Part shown: positions 1-11,321 of the stretch, in pieces
How positions within the stretch are numbered: the stretch's first letter is position 1
How the letters are laid out: each line of letters begins with the position of its first letter
Source of the DNA: Octopus sinensis
Lineage: Eukaryota
Length of the DNA stretch: 64,000 nt
Assembly (NCBI RefSeq): GCF_006345805.1
Contig: NC_042999.1
Location: 1,178,001 to 1,242,000, forward strand
Direction of reading: 5' to 3'
Program-made: the position numbers and the translations under genes
The notes under the pieces: model-generated
Databases searched by the model: none
Seen by the model: only the letters and a program-made list of their open reading frames with translations
What the model was told of the DNA's origin: nothing

Positions 1-544
1 AAGGGCATGTAAGGGCAGAATGCCAGCCCCAACCCAAACCGCAGGAAGCAGCTCAGCCAAGTGGAAAAGAAGAAGCCGTGTCGTCAGAAACAGCGCTGGG
101 ACTGAAGGTGTGGAGGTGACTAAGGCAGCGGAACCAACGGAGGAGGAAAAAAAGAGCGAGGAAACAAAAAAGGAGGAGGGGTGGTCAAAAATCACCAGGA
201 AAAAAAGAAAAACTGAAACCACCCCTCCCAAAGTAAACCAAAAAAAAAAAAGGGAGTCATTGAACTCATTTATGGCCGTTAAGGCCACGAACAATAGACT
301 TGGAAATGTGTTGGCAGCGATGGCCAAAGTAGAAAAAATAGGGAAGAAAAACGATTATGTTTTGTACAGAATAGGCCGGAAGGATTACGGACGGATAAAG
401 TCCGAATTTTTCCATGACGTAGGCCCGCTCAGAATGGATATAACATCTCCATATATATTCGAGGGCCTGCGTCAGACTCCCCCACGAGGCCCAGAAAAAG
501 AGAAGGAAGAAGAGAAAAAAAAAAAAACCGAACCACTGATATAA
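1..544 (+). pseudogene. Family A ORF1 (gag-like), C-terminal part, frameshifted
   Basis: Bases 3-23 encode GHVRAEC (end of a CCHC knuckle). A Lys/Glu-rich linker and a globular C-terminal segment follow (ORF 20..544). Confidence 0.75.
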
Positions 545-552
545 AGTAAGTA

Positions 553-3500
553 ATGGATTACATTTATGTTGGTTGTTTAAATGTGCGCGGCCTGGGAGCA
601 AGCTGGAAGCAAGGTCGCTTCCTGCATGACATCAGGTCGGTCGCGTAGTTTAGATGTCATTGTTGCTACAGAAACCCGGTTAGAGGGGCCAAGAGGTCTA
701 CTCCCGCTGTTTGACGGCTACGAGAGTTTTTTCTCTCCTGGCAGTCCTACAGGCGGGAGTGGGGTGTTGGTCCTATTAAAAGAAACCGGGTTTCTGGGAA
801 AAAGTTAATTTTTGCAGATCCAGAAGGTAGGCTGGTCGTCATGGATTTGACGTTCAGTAACGGTAAAGTTATCAGACTGGTTGCAATTTACGCACCCAAC
901 AGTACAGGGCAAAGTGATTATTTTCGTGAACTAGAAAACTTTCTTGGTACTTCGCATTCATTAGTAGTGCTAGGAGACTTTAACACAATTTGCAAAGCGG
1001 ATGTAGATTGTGTTGGCTCGCGTCCAGATAGGAAAGGTAACAGTGGCTTCATGGAACTGCTAAGCCGCTTTGAGCTAGCAGATCCTTACAGGCTGGAATT
1101 TCCGAAGGCTCCATTGTGGACATGGTCAAACAGCGACGGATCTTCCAGGTCATATTTAGATAGAATACTAATTAGAAAAGTAGACAGTAAAATAGCTAAG
1201 TGTCCACAGTTTTACCCGATCAGCTACAGTGATCATAAAATGGTCACTTGTAAGCTTGACATAGATAAGGTTAAAAATAGAGGATCCGGTTACTGGAAAC
1301 TTAATACGTCCCTTTTGGCGATTAAGGAGTACAAAGACCGGATTAGGAATATAATTCAGAGGGCACTATCTGGTACCATCATTAATAACAAATGGTGGTA
1401 CGCCCTCAAACGAGCCATCAAGTTTGAGTCTATTAGATATAGCATAGGAGTAGTGGCTAGAGAGGCTAGAAGGGAAACTACTCTAGTTAAGGAATTAGAG
1501 GAAGCCATGAAAACTGGCTCTGCGGCTCAGGTGGCGGCCAAGAGACTGGTGTTAACCAGCACCTCGAGGCCAAACACATGGGCTGCATTGTCAGGGCTAG
1601 AATCCGTCATATGGGATGTGAAGGAATCAACGCCGTGAGATGGGCCCGAGTGATGGAAGCCCGGAATGGCAACGATGCCACGATTCGATCTTGAAGAACC
1701 AACAAGGTGAGTTGATAAACGAACCCGAGGAGATGTGTGAGGCCTTTCAGGAGCACTTCGCTCAGCTTTTCGCTGAGTGCGGCGGGCTGGATAGGAGGAG
1801 GGCCTTTACGGACCTACTCGACGGTCTGCCGCGCTTATCGGGGCGAGATGCGGAGGGCTGTGAAGGGCCAATTACGCCTGGGGAGGTGGTTGAGGCAATG
1901 GCGGACTGCGGCGCGGGCAAGGCGCTGGGTTTGGATGGTCTACCCTATGAGTTATATAAGAGTATGCCAGACTTGTTCGGGCACCTACTGGCGGAGGTCT
2001 ACGCGAACTGGCAGCAGAACGGGCTTATACCCAGATCTGTGCGCCGGGGAGTAGTGACTCTCGTCAGAAAGGACCCGAGCAAGGGGGAGTGCATTGATAA
2101 TTTCAGGCCCATCACTCTGCTAAACACAGAGTTGAAGATTTTGGCCAAAGTGTTATCGAAAAGATTGGCGCGTGTGTCGCGGATGGTCTGATCGGAGGGG
2201 CACAGACATGTGCCGTTCCGGACAGATCCATTCAGGATAATCTCCATCTAATGCGGTACACTATAGAGGGGTTTAATAGTGATTCTGGCAAGGTGGGGCT
2301 CTGGTCCATTTAGACCAATCTAAAGCTTTTGATAGGGTCGACCATCGTTACCTGGTATCTGCCCTGGCACAGTTCGGGCTGAGCCTGGCTTCCTCAGGTG
2401 GATTATCCAAATTTACGATAACATCGACTCGGTAGTTCGGGTGAACGGCTTCTTGTCGAAGCCGTTCAAAATCAAACGCTCAGTTCGTCAAGGGTGTCCG
2501 CTCTCCCCGCTTTTGTACGTAATGGCTCTTGAGCCATTACTGCGAAAACTGAGCGGCATCCCGAGACAGCCAGGTAACGGAAAATCAGTGTCAGCGTACG
2601 CGGATGACATCACCATCATCGTAACCGAAATGGACCACCTATGTAAAGTAGGCAAGGCCATAGAGGTTTACGAGACGGTGACAGGAGCAAAAGTTATTCG
2701 CGAAAAGTCAGTCGGCTTGCAACTCGGCACCTGGAGAGGCAAGTCGATGCCTCCTGACAGCGTCGTGGGACGTTGGACGGAGGGTCCGATTAAACTGCTA
2801 GGGGTCTGGTTCGGTCCAGACCTCCAAATAGAGAAGAATTGGGCGAGGTAACGAGCAAGGTGGCTGCAGTAGCCAAGACCTGGTCTTGGCGGTGGCTATC
2901 CCTGAAAGGGAGGGCGGAGGTGGCCAATGTGTTCATCGCATCGGTTATCACCTACCGCCTTTCCGTCGTTCCTTGCCCTGATTCGTGGTTGATCAAGTTG
3001 GAAAGACAGCTCTTCTACTTCTTGTGGAAGGGCGGGAAACCACTTGTGAAACGCTCTACTTGCTGTCAACAATCGTTAAAGGGTGGGCTAGGGATGCCTT
3101 GGCTGATGATGCGCAGACATGCGCTGAGGTTAAGACATCTGTGGCTCTACCTGGATGGTGAACGGGTGTGGTCTTCGCTAGCAAAACTGATGTTTCCCAA
3201 GTTCACTAGTTTCGGTGGATGGGAAACCTGGCTGAATCGTAGATCGAAACTTGGTACTTGGTACACGGAGTGTCGCAAGGCTCTCCTGCTATTCCGTCGC
3301 TCGGGCAACGCCTGCGGTGGGGGTTCCACCACACTCTTCTATAGAGGGTTGGTAGAGGCGGAATGTGAAGATACCTTGGGGGAAACCCTGGGTCTCGACG
3401 ATAATCAGCTGGCCAGTCTGTTCCGACGTACGTTCGAGCCGAGGACACTGGACAACTTCCAGAAGTCTTTGGCATGGCAATGCTACAGAGGAGCTCTACC

Positions 3501-3948
3501 TGTTCGGGATAAACTCGCAAGGCACGGTGGCCAAGACAGTCCGATATGTCCAAGATGCGGGCGGGATAGAGAAACCGTCCCGCACGCTATTGTTCATTGT
3601 CCGGACGTGTCTGAGGTGTGGGTTTATGCCGAACAGCTGTTGTCAGGTACACGAAGAGTACAGCTGTCGACTGAGTCGATTACAAAAATTGACCCACCGG
3701 ATTTCCTCGTGAATGAAGGTAAGTTTCGTTTTCTCGTCGTAGTAGCAATTGCGAAAGAAGTGATATGGAAGACGAGAATGAAAGGTTTACAGTCAGGCAA
3801 GTTCATCTACGGCCCTGGTTTGATGAATTACTTCATCTTTCACCTGAAAAGGAAGATAGGGCTGGAGAGAATACGCCTGACTAGGAGAGTGTATGAAGAA
3901 CGATGGAAGGATGTAGCACGAAAGTTGCGAATGAAAGTCACAACATAA
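553..3948 (+). pseudogene. Family A ORF2: AP endonuclease + reverse transcriptase + C-terminal zinc motif, split by several frameshifts
   Basis: GCLNVRG, VATET, YAPN, LGDFN, YLDRI, SDH (APE); FRPITLLN, QGCPLSP, YADD (RT); CPRCGRDRETVPHAIVHC. Confidence 0.9.
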
Positions 3949-4209
3949 ATGTAATACCAAGTGCAACCAAAAGTATCAGTGGGGAGGCGGGGCTCGTGGG
4001 GTCCGAGCTGAACCCGCACCCACTCCATCTGTAATGTCTTCCGGTCTATTCCATCATCCGATTTTGTGTGTATTTTTGTAATTTCATGATAATTTTAAAA
4101 CCGTTTTTGTGTAAAAACCATTCGTATGTCTGACCCCAAATCAGATTGTTTTGTCCCCTCTATGTTCGCCCCTTGTGGGTAATAATAAAATCACTTATTC
4201 ATTTTTGAA

Positions 4210-5980
4210 CACGTGGCTCCAAGCTATATACGTGTTGTTATCTGTGATTAGACGTTGAAATTTTGTTGTGTAAAGTGATTAATATCGCGCGAGGCATTTG
4301 CCTCCACGTGTGGAAACCTTCCGAAGAAGGTGAATTGACCCTCTAGTCATGGCGACTTACGCGGGCGTCACGGGAAAGAAAAATAATGATTACTCGATAA
4401 TCGTGAAGGATGTTTTCTTTGAGAAGAGTAAACTCAAAGAATATGAAAAGCTATTCAAAAGGGAGGGTGATAGCGTGAAGCTAATCCCCCCCGCGAAAGC
4501 AAAAGAGGACAAAGAAACAAGACTGTAACATATAGAACCCAAGACAAAAATACAAAGAAACTGGCAAGAGTGAGATAGCAGAAATCGAAAAATGTCTGGG
4601 AGACATAATGGGGAAATCGACCTACGTGAGTAGAGGCAAGAAATTTGGTACGGTGGAGGTGAGATGTGCAACGGAAGAAATTGCAGCCTCACTGGCTACC
4701 ACTGTACTAAGAGCGGAAACATTTATAATGTGGCCCTCATACAAGGGAAGAATAGGGGTCCGGGTTAAAATCCCGAATATACCCCCAGAAGTGAAAACAG
4801 AATGGCTGGCAACAGCTATTCTAGGAGCAGCAGAAGAGGAAGTGGAGGTGGAATCCTTTAAGGAGTCCAACGCGATAAACTGGAGAGGATATAGGGTAGA
4901 ACTGTTTTTGATGGCCACAAAAAGAGGACATTGAAAGGTTCCCCTACAGAATAGAAATTGAAGATGAGAAAACCCTCAGTGTAATTGTAGAGGGAAGAAA
5001 GCCAAACTGCTACTTGTGCGGGACAAGGGGGCACATTAAAAAAGAGTGCCCGTTATACGAATTCGTAGTGGAGTACGAGCAGGAACTTGAAGAAAGGAAG
5101 AATACGGTAAATGAAAAAGAAAACATAGAAAAGAGCCAAAACAACAAGAGAAAGAAATAATAAGTCAACGAAGGAAAAAGAAATAAAAGAAAAGAAAGAA
5201 ATAGAACCAAAACAGAGTCAGGAAAAGAAAAAGGAAAAAGAAACAACAGGAAAAAAAAAAGAGAGAGATCAGAACCAAACGAAAAGAAAAGACGGCACAC
5301 AAAAAGAAAAAGAAAAGGAACATAAAACACGAGAGAAAGAGAGAACAGACAAAGAACCAAAAAGACAAGAGAAAGAAGGAGAAAGAAAAGAAGGCAAAAA
5401 AAGAGAGAAGAGAGAAACAAAGAGAGGAGAACAAGAAGAAATAAGCCCGAAAAGAAAAACGAGGGAAAACGTAGGACGGAAACAAGATTACTACAAGTTA
5501 ATAACCTTCCATTCTGCCCTGAAATGAAAGAATTGACATGTAATACGGAGGGACATATATGGGTCAACAGGATGACCGACCAGTGGCAGGAGACTGCTCT
5601 AATCCCGAAAGAAAGAGTCGCTGAGTTCCTCAGAGCTGCCGGAGAGAGTGTAATTTTTTACACGGGTGTTCGAGTGAAAGAGCGGCTGCCTGAGGGCTCA
5701 GTGATTGACTTTAGACTGAAAGGTATTATGGAATACGTATAGAATTTTGAGAAGAGAGAGAAGAAGAAGAGAAAAAGAAAATATTGTGAAATATATGTGA
5801 CGAAAATGTAACCTCTCGATTCCGGGGATCGAGTGGGCATTTACATCTCATTGTAAATATTCTTTCATATGTCATTTTTTACTTTTATTTTTTCCTTTTC
5901 TTGTCATTTCGCTTTCTTATTTTAAGTTCCCCGATTGTATTGTCCCCTCTATGTTCGCCCCTTGTGGGTAGTAATAAAAT
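4210..5980 (+). mobile_element. ORF1-only non-autonomous LINE derivative (half-LINE), family B copy 1
   Basis: 5' UTR, one gag-like ORF and a ~240-nt 3' UTR with no ORF2 remnant. The 3' tail is nearly identical to families A/E. Confidence 0.8.
4349..5742 (+). pseudogene. B1 gag-like ORF1 (RRM-like region, CCHC knuckle, K/E-rich coil, unknown C-terminal domain), frameshifted
   Basis: MATYAGV start; RGKKFGTVEVRC; CYLCGTRGHIKKEC at 5008-5049; ends ...KGIMEYV*. Confidence 0.75.
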
Positions 5981-7758
5981 CACGTGGCTCCAAGCTATAT
6001 ACGTGTTGTTATCTGTGATTAGACGTTGAAATTTTGTTGTGTAAAGTGATTAATATCGCGCGAGGCATTTGCCTCCACGTGTGAAAACCTTCCGAAGAAG
6101 GTGAATTGACCCTCTAGTCATGGCGACTTACGCGGGGGTCACGGGAAAGAAAAATAATGATTCGTCAATAATCGTGAAGGATGTTTTCTTTGAGAAGAGT
6201 AAACTCAAAGAATATGAAAAGCTATTCAAAAGGGAGGGTGATAGCGTGAAGCTAATCCCCCCCGCGAAAGCAAAAGAGGACAAAGAAAACAAGACTGTAA
6301 CATATAGAACCCAAGACAAAAATACAAAGAAACTGGCAAGAGTGGAGATAGCAGAAATCGAAAAATGTCTGGGAGACATAATGCAGAAATCGACCTACGT
6401 GAGTAGAGGCAAGAAATTTGGTACGGTGGAGGTGAGATGTGCAACGGAAGAAATTGCAGCCTCACTGGCTACCACTGTACTAAGAGCGGAAACATTTATA
6501 ATGTGGCCCTCATACAAGGGAAGAAGAGGGGTCCGGGTTTAAATCCCGAATATACCCCCAGAAGTAAAAACAGAATGGCTGGCAACAGCTATTCTAGGAG
6601 CAGCAGAAGAGGAAGTGGAGGTGGAATCCTTTAAGGAGTCCAACGCAGTAAACTGGAGAGGATATGGGGTAGAACTGTGTTTGATGGCCACAAAAGAGGA
6701 CATTGAAAGGTTCCCCTACAGAATAGAAATTGAAGACGAGAAACCCTCAGTATAATTGTAGAGGGAAGAAAGCCAAACTGCTACTTGTGCGGGACAAGGG
6801 GGCACATTAAAAAAGAGTGCCCGTTATACGAATTCGTAGTGGAGTACGAGCAGGAACTTGAAGAAAAGAAGAATATGGTAAATGAAAAAGAAAACATAGA
6901 AAGGAGACAAAACAACAACAGAAGGAAATAATAAAGTCAACGAAGGAAAAAGAAATAAAAGAAAAGAAAGAAATAGAACCAAAACAGATTCAGGAAAAGA
7001 AAAAGGAAAAAGAAACAACAGGAAAAAAACAAGAGAGAGATCAGAACCAAACGAAAAGAAAGACGGCGGCACACAAAAAGAAAAAGAAAGGAACATAAAA
7101 CACGAGAGAAAGAGAGAACAGACAAAGAACCAAAAAGACAAGAAGAAGAAGAAGAAGAAAGAAAAGAAGGCAAAAAGAGAGAAAGAGAGAAACAAAGAGA
7201 GGAGAACAAGGAAGAAATAAGCCCGAAAAGAAAAACGAGGGAAAACGTAGGACGGAAACAAGATTACTACAAGTTAATAACCTTCCATTTCTGCCCTGAA
7301 ATGAAAGAATTGACATGTAATACGGAGGGACATATGGGGTCAACAGGATGACCGACCAGTGGCAGGAGACTGCTCTAATCCCCGAAGAAAGAGTCGCTGA
7401 GTTCCTCAGAGCTGCCGGAGAGAGTGTAATTTTTTACACGGGTGTTCGAGTGAAAGAGCGGCTGCCTGAGGGCTCAGTGATTGACTTTAGAGACTTGAAA
7501 GGTATTATGGAATACGTATAGAATTGTGAGAAGAGAGAGAAGAAAGAAGAGAAAAAAGAAAAATTGTGAAATATATGTGACGAAAATGTAACCTCTCGAT
7601 TCCGGGGATCGAGTGGGCATTACATCTCATTGTAAATATTCTTTCATATGTCATTTTTTACTTTTATTTTTTCCTTTTCTTGTCATTCGCTTTCTTATTT
7701 TAAGTTCCCCGATTGTATTGTCCCCTCTATATTCGCCCCTTGTGGGTAGTAATAAAAT
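5981..7758 (+). mobile_element. Half-LINE family B copy 2
   Basis: Same start (CACGTGGCTCC), ORF and tail as B1, with scattered substitutions and indels. Confidence 0.8.
6120..7521 (+). pseudogene. B2 gag-like ORF1, frameshifted or interrupted
   Basis: ORF 6120..6542 plus downstream frames carrying CYLCGTRGHIKKEC and the same C-terminal domain as B1. Confidence 0.75.
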
Positions 7759-9468
7759 CACGTGATATAAAGAGTTCGGTCGTGTTATTTTTACGCGCGT
7801 GAAGTTCGGAAAAAAAAGATCAAAAAGAATTGTTGTTGTTGTGGAAAATTTTGAACGGCGTTAAAGCGGTTTCGCGTTCCACTGGTTCTGCGCGTCACAC
7901 TTTTTCTGTTTTGACGGCCGTTTTGGCCTGTCAGGCTGAGGAGATGGATGACCACTCACTTGTGGAGGAGTCGGAGGAAGAATGGATATTTGAGAGCTTG
8001 TCGGAGACATCGAACTCTGAAAACGAGCAATCGGTGAGGTAAAAATGTGGAGACTGAAAACAGGAAAACGTACGCAGGAGTTGCAAAAAAGAAGACGAAA
8101 CAGGAAAATGAAATAAACCTAGAAAAATTGCCAGGTTTCCAGAGGTATATGAGGAAGGACAGCGGCGAGGTGGAACTGGAACCACCGCCAAAGAGAAAGG
8201 AATGGTACAATAAGAGGACTATAATTTACAGGGTGTTCCTGAACGAAAGAAAGAAAATAGAGATCGTAAAAATGGAATGGATAGAGGAGGCCCTGAGAAA
8301 ATCGGAGGAGGAAATCATTTTTTGACTCGAGGATCGAAGTACGGTACCGTAGTGGTACATTTTAAGAGTGAGACTGCAGCGAGGAAGATGGCGGTGAGGG
8401 CGGTGAGGTCAGTCAGAAAAGGTAACACTCCTACCTATGTACATGAATAGAAGGATTACACGAGTAAGGGTGGAGGGGAGTGCCACCAAACGTAGAAGCT
8501 GAATGGATTGTGGCGGCTGTGATCAGCGGCCACGAGGAGAAAGTTGATATTCTCCATGCCTCGGTCAGGACCGAGGGCTGGAGAGGAGTAACAGTGGAGC
8601 TGAACGTGCAGGCGGAGAGTGAGGTGCTGGCGGACCTGGCGGAGAGCATTAAATTGGGAGACGTGATTATGAGAGTGTGGGTGGAGGGCAGAGCTCCACG
8701 TTGTTACAAGTGTGGCCTGAGGGGCCACATAAGAGCCTTCTGCCCTCCCCACCGGGAGAAAAGGAAATTGTTGAGGAAACTCCAAAAGAGGAAGCCCCAA
8801 AAGAAGAAGAAATCAAAGAGAAGCAGATGGAAAGGGAAACGACAGATGAGGAGAGAGACGCAAAAAGAGTATGAAGAGGTCAGAAGAAGAAGAAAAGAAA
8901 GGAAAGGAAAGGAAAACTGTGCGAAGCCCCAACCCACCCCAACACCACCCACACCCTTGGAGACCCATCCTGCCCCCGCAAACAGCAATCCCACCCACTC
9001 CCCGCCTACAAGAAAAACGAAAACAGACACACAGAATATACAAAAGCCCCAGTCCTACTTTTTATGTGTTGTGAGGAAGGGGGATACCGAGAACGCAAGA
9101 AGGCTTTTTGAAGACAATGTATGGCAGGAGTATGAGGACGGAAGTTATGCGGTGTTCGATTTTGAACTCATGGGCTCTTTGATGAGCAAGTGCAATGAAC
9201 TACGTATAAATTGTTTATCAGCATATATGAAGGTTGATATGATAGAGAGGTATGAGAGAGAAATGAAAGGTGAGGTGAAAGACTTTGGAATCGTGATAGG
9301 AAACGGAAAGGTAAGTGATGCTGGCGGAGGGGGCCGTTAGCATCGCTTTCATGTTATCATTTTTTCATTTTAACATTCATTTAATCATAATTTTAATCGC
9401 ATTGTTTTATGTCGCCCATGTTTTGTAATGTTCCCTCTTCGTGGCCCCTAGTGGGTAATAAAGAAATA
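7759..9468 (+). mobile_element. ORF1-only half-LINE, family C copy 1
   Basis: One gag-like ORF and a ~130-nt 3' UTR ending CGTGGCCCCTAGTGGGTAATAAAGAAATA, which matches the family D tail type. Confidence 0.8.
7944..9340 (+). pseudogene. C1 gag-like ORF1, frameshifted
   Basis: KTYAGVAKK; RGSKYGTVVVHF; CYKCGLRGHIRAFC; C-terminal domain ending ...DAGGGGR*. Confidence 0.75.
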
Positions 9469-11163
9469 GGATGTGATATAATGAGTTCGGTCGTGTTCGT
9501 TTTACGCTCGTAAAATTCTGTAAAAAAAAGATCAAAAAGAATTGTTGTTGTTGTGGAAAATTTTGAACGGCGTTAAAGCGGTTTCGCGTTCCACTGGTTC
9601 TGCGCGTTACACTTTTTCTGTTTTGACGGCCGTTTTGGCCTGTCAGGCGGGAGGAGATGGATGACCACTCCCTAGTGGAGGAGTCGGGAGGAAGAATGGA
9701 TCTTTGAGAGCTTGTCGGAGACATCGAACTCTGAAGACGAGCAAATCGGTGATGTAAATAATGTGGAGACAAAAAACAGGAAAACGTACGCAGGAGTTGC
9801 AAAAAAGAAGACGGAACAGGAAAAAGAATAAACCTAGAAAAATTGCCAGGTTTCCAGAGGTATATGAGGAAGGACAGCGGCGAGGTGGAACTGGAACCAC
9901 CACCAAAGAGAAAGGAGTGGTACAATAAGAGGACCATAATTTACAGGGTGTTCGTGAACGAAAGAAAGAAAATAGGGATCGTAAACATGGAATGGATAGA
10001 GGAGGCCCTGAGAAGATCGGAGGAGGAAATCATTTTTCTGACTCGAGGATCGAAGTACGGTACTGTAGTGGTACATTTTAAAAGTGAGACTGCAGCGAGG
10101 AGGATGGCGGTGAAGGCGGTGAAGTCAGAAAAGGTAACACTTTTACCTATGTACTTGAATAGAAGGATCACACGAGTAAGGGTGGAGGGAGTGCCACCAA
10201 ACGTGGAGGCTGAGTGGATTGTGGCGGCTGTGATCAGCGGCCACGAGGAGAAAGTAGATATTCTCCATGCCTCGGTCAAGACCGAGGGCTGGAGAGGCGT
10301 AATAGTGGAGCTAAACGTACAGGCGGAGAGCGAGGTACTGGTGGACCTGGCGGAGAGCATTAAATTGGGAGACGTGATTATGAGAGTGTGGGTGAAGGGC
10401 AGAGCTCCACGTTGTTACAAGTGTGGCCTGAGGGGCCACATAAGAGCCTTCTGCCCTCCCCCACCAAGAGAAAAGGAAATCGTTGAGGAAACTCCAAAAG
10501 AGGAGGCCCCAAAAGAAGAAGAAATTAAAGAGAAGCAGACGGAAAGGGAAACGACAGAGGAGGAGGAGATGCAAAAAGAGTGTGAGGAGGGCAGAAAGAA
10601 GAGAAAAGGAAAAACTGTGCGAAGCCCCAACCCACCCCAATAGCACCCACACCCTTGGAGACCCATCCTGCCCCCGCAAACAGCAATCCCACCCACTCCC
10701 CGCCTACAAGAAAAACGAAAACAGACACACAGAACATACAAAAGCCCCAGTCCTACTTTCATGTGTGTGGTGAAGGGGGGATACTGAGAACGCAAGAAGG
10801 CTTTTTGAAGACAATGTATGGCAGGAGTATGAGGACGGAAGCTATGCGGTGTTCGATTTTGAACTCATGGGCTTTGATGAGCAAGTGCAATGAACTACGT
10901 ATAAATTGTATATCAGCATATATGAAGGATGATATGATAGAGAGATATGAGAGAGAAATGAAAGGTGAGGTGAAAGACTTTGGAATCGTGATAGGAAACG
11001 GAAAGGTAAGTGATGCTGGCGGAGGGGGCCGTTAGCATCGCTTTCATGTTATCATTTTTTCATTTTAACATTCATTTAATCATAATTTTAATCGCATTGT
11101 TTTATGTCGCCCATGTTTTGTAATGTTCCCTCTTCGTGGCCCCTAGTGGGTAATAAAGAAATA
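9469..11163 (+). mobile_element. Half-LINE family C copy 2
   Basis: Collinear with C1 from GTGATATAA to the identical 3' tail, with many substitutions. Confidence 0.8.
9657..11035 (+). pseudogene. C2 gag-like ORF1, frameshifted
   Basis: ORFs 9843..10643 and 10655..11035 carry the same motifs as C1. Confidence 0.75.
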
Positions 11164-11246
11164 GAATGTTTTGTCCCGCCTGGTCGGCACCTATATAAGG
11201 TCACTGTTGCTACTAAAAACAAAAACAAAAAAAAAAAAAAAAAAAA
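11164..11246 (+). mobile_element. Probable tail-only (extremely 5'-truncated) copy of a related retroelement with an A-rich end
   Basis: AATGTTTTGTCCC resembles the shared tail start GAT(T)GTWTTGTCCC. It has hairpin ACCT-ATATA-AGGT at 11189-11201, followed by an A-run. Confidence 0.45.
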
Positions 11247-11321
11247 GTAAGTTGTTTTTTTTCGTTAGTCAAATTTATTTGACCAATTTCAGTGAAGACG
11301 CTGAGGAGGGGTAGGCCAATA

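Larger units (their letters stand above)
1..4191 (+). mobile_element. L1/Tx1-clade non-LTR retrotransposon, family A (5' end lies upstream of the window)
   Basis: ORF1 C-terminus, then ORF2 with APE, RT and C-terminal Cys motif. The 3' UTR ends in GATTGTTTTGTCCCCTCTATGTTCGCCCCTTGTGGGTAATAATAAAAT with no poly(A). Confidence 0.9.

Noticed and set aside
4210-11163. B1/B2 and C1/C2 as assembly duplications
   Set aside because: The copies differ by many substitutions throughout, including multi-base changes, which is more than consensus error would explain. Uncollapsed haplotypes cannot be fully excluded without reads.
11191-11292. TATA box (TATATAAGG) plus a 46-nt GT-AG intron in the D 5' UTR
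   Set aside because: The TATA-like bases are better explained as the loop of the tail hairpin, and the intron is very short and unsupported. It remains a weaker alternative reading.
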